Source: Rhizaria sp. SCN 62-66 (taxonomy: Eukaryota). Taken from it: a stretch of DNA of 64,000 nt. A program made the position numbers and the translations under genes. The stretch is taken from NCBI GenBank assembly GCA_001724265.1, contig MEDY01000017.1, positions 62,001-126,000 of the forward strand. Reading direction: 5' to 3'. Positions 57,601 to 64,000 of the stretch are shown one piece after another (position 1 is the stretch's first letter; the number at the start of each line of letters is the position of its first letter). Below the pieces are notes generated by a model. That model did no database searches. It was given only the letters and a program-made list of their open reading frames with translations, and was not told the origin of the DNA.

Positions 57601-57991
57601 GCCGAGTCGTGGAGAAGGCGTAGTCATCGCTGTCAAGCATGGAGGCGCAGGACAGCGGAGCGGGCGCGGCAGCACGCGGGAACGACTGCAACGACGCTGA
57701 CACAGGTGCATGCATTGGCGCGGGCACATGAGCAGGCCACGAGGATGACGCAGAGAAGGAGGAAGCTGCAGTGACGGGAGCGGCGTGACGGACGAGGTCA
57801 GATGCGGCAGCGACGCTGCGGGACGTGAGCTCGTGCCACTGGTGGGGCGGGAAGCGAGCGCTGGCAGCAGCGTGTGGACCGTGGTAGGCGGTGGACGCGT
57901 TGGCGGCGTTGGGGATGGCGGAGGCTGCGGCGGCGGCGGACTTGGTAGTGCCGCTCTGCTGGGGGACAGACCAGAACCCCGGCGCGCTCAT
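54659..57991 (-). CDS. Low-complexity hypothetical protein (about 1110 aa) with one in-frame TAG at 57515-57517
   Basis: ORFs 57515..58237 and 54659..57496 share a frame and are separated by a single TAG. Likely ATG at 57991 (MSAPGFWSVPQQ). Contains a duplicated PALTYEIPALTYAP, a Cys/His cluster and a SIM-like IIELCDSEDDDE. Ends TGA. Confidence 0.62.
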
Positions 57992-58334
57992 GGGCAGACC
58001 GTGGGAAATAGTCTGTCGCGGATTGTGATTAAAACTGAAACAAGAAACAGACATGCGTGGTGCACCTGTTGTGAGCAAAAATTGGTTCAATTGACGTTGG
58101 TGGCGATCACGGGACTTCGAACTTCTTAGGGCGCGAGAGGACACGTTTTCCAGTCGACTCTCGTCGATTCGAGAATGCAGCACCCAAAAACGATTTGTGG
58201 TGGAAACTAATCCGAGACATGCACGGTACTTTTTCACTCTATTGCATAATAATAATAACTGATTCTATGTATTCAAGTTTCATACTATCTATTTCTATGT
58301 GTTAAGTATGAATGTGAGCTATTTTCAGGCTTCA

Positions 58335-60231
58335 TTAAATGACATTGCTGTGGCCGAGGGTACAGTTGGCTGTTGCTGGACGCACAAAGACCTGCTGCAG
58401 GATCAACCCTTCCCCACCGACCACACTTGCACTCGCAGTCGCAGCTGCTTTAGTAAGCGGTGCAACCACGCCTGCGGAGGCAAGCACCCACTCAGGCAGC
58501 ACGTGCTTCGTAGCCACAAATCCTTCCTTCCGCGCGCACTCCGCAATGAGCGTTTCCACAGTTGCACTCCGCGGCGGATGCGTCAACACGAAGACATCCC
58601 ACCGCTGAGCCTCTGAATCGTCGCTATCGTCACTGTAAACGCGCAACTCTTCAGCACGCGCTGCTTGGTTGTTGTGTGGCAAAGTGAACAGCGCCGAGAC
58701 CGTGGCGAAAAGGGACCCGACTGCGGCAGCATCGTACACAACATCCGACGCTACAACCAAATCCGGACGGGAGAAGCGAGTGAGAATGGCTCCCGCAGAT
58801 GCTGTGCCGTTGACAGAAATAGGGGCGGAGCCCACGGCCGTTGCACCGCTCGCAAGACGATGTTGCAGCTGTCGGACACCCCTGTGGTCGGTACTACTTT
58901 CACAGATGCCGTTGTCTGCGCAATCGTCGGCGTCAGTGCGGTTGCAACGGCACTGCGTCAATGCCGCCGGTGAGATCAGCGTGTTTCCGCCTAGATATCC
59001 CGGTTCAGGGTCACTGCGCGAAGCCGGAGTGGTCCACGTGAGCGGAAACGCAAAGTAGTCGATACTCACATTCGTGCCCCTTTTAGCGTTCGCATTAGCG
59101 CTGAGAATGCGCTGTTGCAACACTGCCGCATTGCGTGCTGCTAAGGCAAGCGCCTGTGCGTTTTTGTCAGTAACAGCCAACACGTGCCTCGGATTTGTGA
59201 CACTCACACTTGCATTTGCATCCGCTGAATCTGTGGTAGCTGATGCTGTCAAGAGCTCCGCAACAGCGGCAGAAAGCAGACCTGCGCCGGCGCCAAGCTC
59301 CACACAGCGCAGCCCGCGGCGACGCAGCAGCGGCCCGTTCAGCGGCAGCGGTGACCGAGGCACGCTACTGTCGTTATTGAAGGTGGTATTGGAGGATATG
59401 AGAGGAGCGAGCGCACATAGCAGCCAATGAGCACCAGCACGCGCGGGCTGCCATAGTGCGAGCCCGGACGACTCGGTCGTGAATACGCCCGCGGGCAGGT
59501 GCTGAAGCTGCACAGTCACGCTTGTGATGGCCGCGCTCGAGCCACTGAGCGCGTGAGACGCGACCGTGGCAGTGTTAGTGTTGCTTTGAGGGCTCTGAGC
59601 AGAACTATGCACGGACAGTGGGGGCGCAAAGCCGGGGAGCGGGCGTAGCGGGAATGTGTGCGCATGCAGTGCCAGTGGTAGTCCTGCAAAGACATCGGTC
59701 TCACCTGTGCCAAGACTCGATGCTTCTGTTGCTGCTGCAGTTGCAGTTGCATTCGTCGTTGTTGTATTGGCGGCGGCCGGAGTCCAATACAGTAACGCAC
59801 CGTGAGACAGACCGAGCTCAGCAAGCGACTGCATGTAGGAAGAGGCGGGAAATAACGGTGGCATTAACCCCACGGGAGCGGAGAGCGCGCGCAAAGCAGC
59901 GGGCACGTGCGCAGGTGCGCGCGTTGAGAGATGAGAGTTCGTGAGATGACCAGCAGAGACGTCGACACTTACGGCTGCAGGGTCGACGAAGTCGTCGCCT
60001 CCTGGAGGCACACGCCACAGGGTCGCGCCGGGCGACACATGGGCAATCTTTTCAAGAAGCTATACAAGCAAGATAGGTGATCTGGTGAGGTAGGCGCGCA
60101 GAAAATAACAATAGTGCAAGCTGATATTAGATAGTGTGACGTCGTACCTTTGTCCGGAGTTCCCCGAGTGTGATCTCAGGTGTCACGTCAAACCTAAAAG
60201 TGCCAGTTTGACCTTGAATTCGAATAATCAT
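58335..60231 (-). CDS. Npl4-type ubiquitin-like domain fused to a METTL21/family-16 class I lysine methyltransferase, two exons
   Basis: Exon 1 (60231-60148) encodes MIIRIQGQTGTFRFDVTPEITLGELRTK. Exon 2 has SLAELGLSHGALLY, then SGLALWQPARAGAHWL, CVELGAGAGLLS, VTD, NA, LTW and DLVVASDVVYD. Ends TAA. Confidence 0.78.
60060..60147 (-). other. Spliceosomal intron (88 nt, phase 0)
   Basis: GTACGA...GTATAG, joins an ATG-bearing exon to ORF 58335..60038, which lacks an ATG start. Confidence 0.78.
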
Positions 60232-60467
60232 TGAAACAATGAATAACTCGCGTTTGACGATCAAATCACGCCACAAAAACAGGTTTTGTTTTCGCGCTAA
60301 GCCAGCTGATCAGCGACTCCGCGCCACCACAAAAACGAGCGCGCTTCCAAACGAGTCCAGATACCGGCTTAAAATCACAATGAAGCACAGCGAAAAGACA
60401 ATATCAAAAGCATATGTATTCGTTCTATCTAATTATAACAATGAATGACATGAATAAGCAAGTTGGC

Positions 60468-63400
60468 TCAGACGAGAGGGCGCTGGCGAGAGCCGGGCCG
60501 CGAGTCGAGTGGCGTGTTACCGCCGCTGGCACCGGCGCTCTTGGGAGGCGAGCCGGCGTTGGAGCCGCCCGCTGAGCCCACTACAGAGCCAGCCATCGAC
60601 CACTGTGCGGACCCACCAGCTGAGGCCGCACCGCGGTTGAGCTTACCACGGTTTACGGCGCGCATGTTGCGCATGAAGCCGCGTTTGCTTCCGCCGGGAG
60701 TCGTCGTGCCATCGCCGCCACTCCCCGCGCTGCCGGGGCCGCCTGCGGGATGTCCCAAGTGCGCATAAGGCCCCGGACTTGTACCGCGCTCAAGCGCCAG
60801 CGCAGCGGCGCCCGCGACGGGTACGCCGACAGCCGCAAAAAGCGCCGCCATCGCCGGCCCCGCGCCTGCGCCCGCGACGGCTTGCTCAGCCATGGCCGAC
60901 ACGCCCGCGCGCAACTGTGCCAGCGCAGCCTCTGCCGCGTCCGCGCGCGAGCGCTCCGCCTCAGCCTTCCCGCGCAGCCCCGCGCACGCGACTTCAAGCG
61001 CGTCCGCGCGCGCGCCGAGTGCGGCCTCGCGCGCGCGCGCTTCGGCGACGACTGACTCGGCCGTTGTGAGCTCGCGCTGTAACGCGCTTGTATGCTCGCC
61101 AGCGCGCGCTGCGGCCGCGGAGTGGCGCTCATGCAGTCGCTGTTCCGCGCCGCGCTGCGCGTCGAGCGTTGCGACAAGCCGCAGCCGTAGCTCCGAGGCC
61201 TCACGAGCAAGCTCGCCGCAGCCTTCGTGCACTGCAACAGCTTCCGCTAAGTCCAACGTCGCAGTGTCCAGCCGTGCGAGCGCATCAGCGCGCTCGGCCT
61301 CGGCCTTCTCCAGCGCGCGCTGCTGCAGCCGCCGCGCCGCCGCCGCCGCCGCGAGATCGCGCTCGAGCCCCGCAGCCGTGGCCGTGGCTTGTGCCGCCGC
61401 CGAGCGCACCGCGGCAGCCTCTGCTTCGATGCTCTCCAACCGCGCCGCTGCGGCCTCCGCAACGACGCGCGCGGCGACGGCGGCGTCGCGCTCTTCCTCC
61501 GCCGCGCGCTGCCGGGCCTGCGCCTCCGCAACCGCCGCGCGCAGCTCCTCAGCGGCCGCCTCGGACGCCGCGGCCGCCGCGCGCGCGCGATCCGCTGTCT
61601 GCTCGTGTTTCCGGGCCTCCGCCTCGAGGGCGAGCACTTGCGCGCCGCCGGTGGACTGGGAGAGCTTCGCCAGACGTGCCTTGGCGGCGCGCGTGGTGCG
61701 CTGCTCTTCGGCAAGCGTCTCAGCCAGTGCAGAGCCTTCAGCACGTAAAGCAGACTGCGCTTGTGCGAAGATAGCGAGGTCGCGACGAAGAGTCTCTGCC
61801 TCAGCCTCGGTCTGTTTCGCGCGGGTCATCGCCCGCGCAAGCTCAGCGCTATACAGAGCAAGAAAAAAAAAGGGAAACAAATACATATTAGGACATTAGT
61901 AAAATACATTGTCAATACTCAATTTTGTGATCACCAATACCGAAAATTAAGCGGAAGTTGCAGAATTGAATTGAGTAATAGATAAACGTACCTGAGATGC
62001 GAGCGTGCGTCTTCAGTGCGCGCAACACGGTCCTTAAGCGCTGCAGTCTCGCGCATCAGTTCCGCGCGCTCACGGCCCCACGCCGCTGCAGCAAACGCGT
62101 GCGCTTGTGCGCTGCCGCCCCCAGCAGCTGCTGCCGCCGCAGCAGCAGCGGCAGAGGGGGATGTCAGTCCGCTCATCGTCGCACGGCTCGACCGTGCAGA
62201 GGCACCGGCCCCGCTAAACCCCGCGGCGCCGTACGCGGCGGCCTCGGCGAGCGCGGCCTCGAGCGACAGCGCGGAGGGACTGAGGCTGGCCAGCGGCGCT
62301 GCGCGTTCGCGGAGGTCGACGGAGCCCTGCCGCCGGTACGCCGCGGCGGCGGCCACGGCGCGGGGGCTGATCGCGCGCGTCAGACCGCTGTTGGAGCCTG
62401 CGCCCGAGCCGGAGCCGGAGGAGGCACTGGTGGCGCTGCCGGCCGCGGCAGCGGCGGCGGCGGCGGCGGCTAGAGTGAGGCGCTCGCTTGCTGTGGGCAT
62501 GAGGTTGTGACCGTTGCCGTGGCCATGGCCGTGGCCGTGGGCAGTAGAGTGAGTGTGCGAAGGGGCCGACACGGTTGAAGCGCGCGCGAGAGAGCGGTTC
62601 TGACCAAAATATCCCTGCTGCTGTGTCTGTTGCTGCTGTTGCTGCTGCGGGTGCGCATGAAAGGCATGTGTGCTGACACCCGCTCTGCCAGCATTACTAC
62701 CATTGCGCACGGCGGTGTTGTCGTCCTCCTCTCCTTCGCCACCGCCGCCGCCGCCACCACCACCGCCGGCACCGATCATACGTGTCGCCGGCGCCGCAGT
62801 GTGCGAAATTGTCGCCTGCCCTTTCACCACCGCGTTTCCGCCGTGCGTCTGCGTGTACGCGTACAGCGGGGGTTGGGTTTGGGCGCCGAGCGCGGCCGTA
62901 ACTGGCGGGGATGCGGTCAGCGGGGAGCGGGCTTGAGTCTGGGCGAGTAGCAGCGCTTGGGGCTGGGTTTGCGAGAGCGCTTGTGCTTGCAGCTCGTCTT
63001 GCCCCTGCATTTGCCCTTGAGACGGAGACTGATACTGCGACTGCGCTTGAGTCTGGGGCTGCTCTTGTGGCTGCCCCTGCGAGTGCAGGTGCAAGTGGCC
63101 CTGTCCCGGGGATGTCGCAACAGCTCCTGCAGCAGCAGCAGCGGCAGGATCGCGAGTCGGCTCACCAGTGGCCGTGGCAGTCGCAGGGTTATCGGCCGCG
63201 GTTGTCCCAGTGGCTGCGTCAGAGTCTGATAGCGACGACACTGCCAGCGCTGCCAATCCCTGAGGAGACACAAGCATCGGCCCAGGCACCGCAGAGGCCA
63301 TGACGCTCACATTCACGTTCACATTCGCCTTCGTACTTGTGCTGGGGACAGTGGCGCTGCTAGTATTAGCGGTCGCGTTTGAGGCGTCAGTGACGGGCCT

Positions 63401-64000
63401 TGACGGCGCAGTCGTGCGAGGAGCAGCGGGGATTGTTGCGACGGAGACCGAGACAGCAGCAGTGTTGTCCGTTAGAGCCGCACTTGTCGCAGAGGACGTT
63501 GCGTTTGCCTCAGCAGCGGAAGGCTCGCCCTGCTGCTGCTGTTGTTGTTGCTGCACCCGCGGTTGGGTTTGTTGCTGTTGTTGCATCTGTTGTTGTTGCT
63601 GTTGTTCACGGTGTTCGCGCAACTGAGACGCCCGGAGCACCCTCTCGGCTGCCGTGCGCGCCAGCAGCTCCGGCGGCAGCGGCGCCGCACCCCCGCGCTC
63701 GGTCACTGTGCCGTAGGGCCCCACGCGCATCACACCGGCCAGGTTCGCCACTGCGCCTGGTAGCGGGCACACGCCGGCAGAAACAGGGGGTGCATTAGCG
63801 TCCGCGGCAGCGGCATCATCACTGGCGACGGTCGACACGGCAGGAGAAGGCGAGGGCGCACCGGAGGCGCGTGTGGGCGGCCGGCGCATCGGCTGCGTGA
63901 CGGCGAAGGAGTCGCCAGAGCTCGTGTAGTGCTGTTGCGTAAGCTGTAACTGTTGCTGCATCTGTTGCTGTTGTTGTTGCTGTTGAGGAAGGTGTGTCGG
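60468..64000 (-). CDS. Coiled-coil protein with a Gln/Ala-rich N-terminal region; 5' end may lie outside the window
   Basis: The frame is open from 64000 through 61992. After the intron, exon 61848-60468 encodes a long A/E/R heptad coiled coil. Ends TGA. Confidence 0.7.
61849..61991 (-). other. Spliceosomal intron (143 nt, phase 2)
   Basis: GTACGT...GTATAG, AT-rich with a poly-T tract. Splicing gives RSHL-S-AELARA, a continuous coiled coil. Confidence 0.85.

Noticed and set aside
19273-57991. Pyrrolysine or selenocysteine recoding
   Set aside because: Pyrrolysine is known only from archaea and bacteria, no pyl genes are visible, and the sites are not catalytic. Selenocysteine uses UGA, which here appears only at gene ends.
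60060-60062. TAG in frame just upstream of the methyltransferase ORF as another sense TAG
   Set aside because: Better explained as the AG acceptor of the 88-nt GTAC intron linking to the ATG exon at 60231.
1-64000. tRNA (including a CUA suppressor), rRNA, CRISPR arrays, transposons
   Set aside because: I saw no cloverleaf, spaced direct-repeat array, transposase or reverse-transcriptase motif, or terminal repeat. The repeats present are coding trinucleotide runs. A covariance-model scan would be needed to exclude small RNAs.

Overview
Gene-dense nuclear DNA of a eukaryote, probably a flagellated protist (CFAP36 is present). It has GC-rich, Ala/low-complexity-rich coding regions, short AT-rich spacers and a few short GT-AG introns. 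About 16 genes are present: UTP14 (partial), a mitochondrion-targeted hypothetical protein, an SPX-MFS phosphate-transporter-like protein, EMC2, a SMYD methyltransferase, BMT5-like, a giant VPS13-like gene, a UBE3B/C-like HECT ligase, CFAP36, a secreted C39-like peptidase, a permuted NlpC/P60-like protein, lipoyl synthase, two hypothetical proteins, an Npl4-type UBL plus METTL21-like methyltransferase fusion, and a partial coiled-coil gene. Main result: TAG appears not to act as a stop. The fragmented ORFs at 19273-34482 form one ~15.1 kb reading frame broken only by five in-frame TAG codons, two of them in the conserved chorein region. A sixth in-frame TAG lies in the gene at 54659-57991. All 15 gene ends in the window use TAA (7) or TGA (8). 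This points to a variant nuclear code with UAG as sense (most likely Gln) while UAA stays a stop. Readthrough, RNA editing or pseudogenisation cannot be excluded from DNA alone. All family calls rest on motifs recalled from memory; no database search was run.
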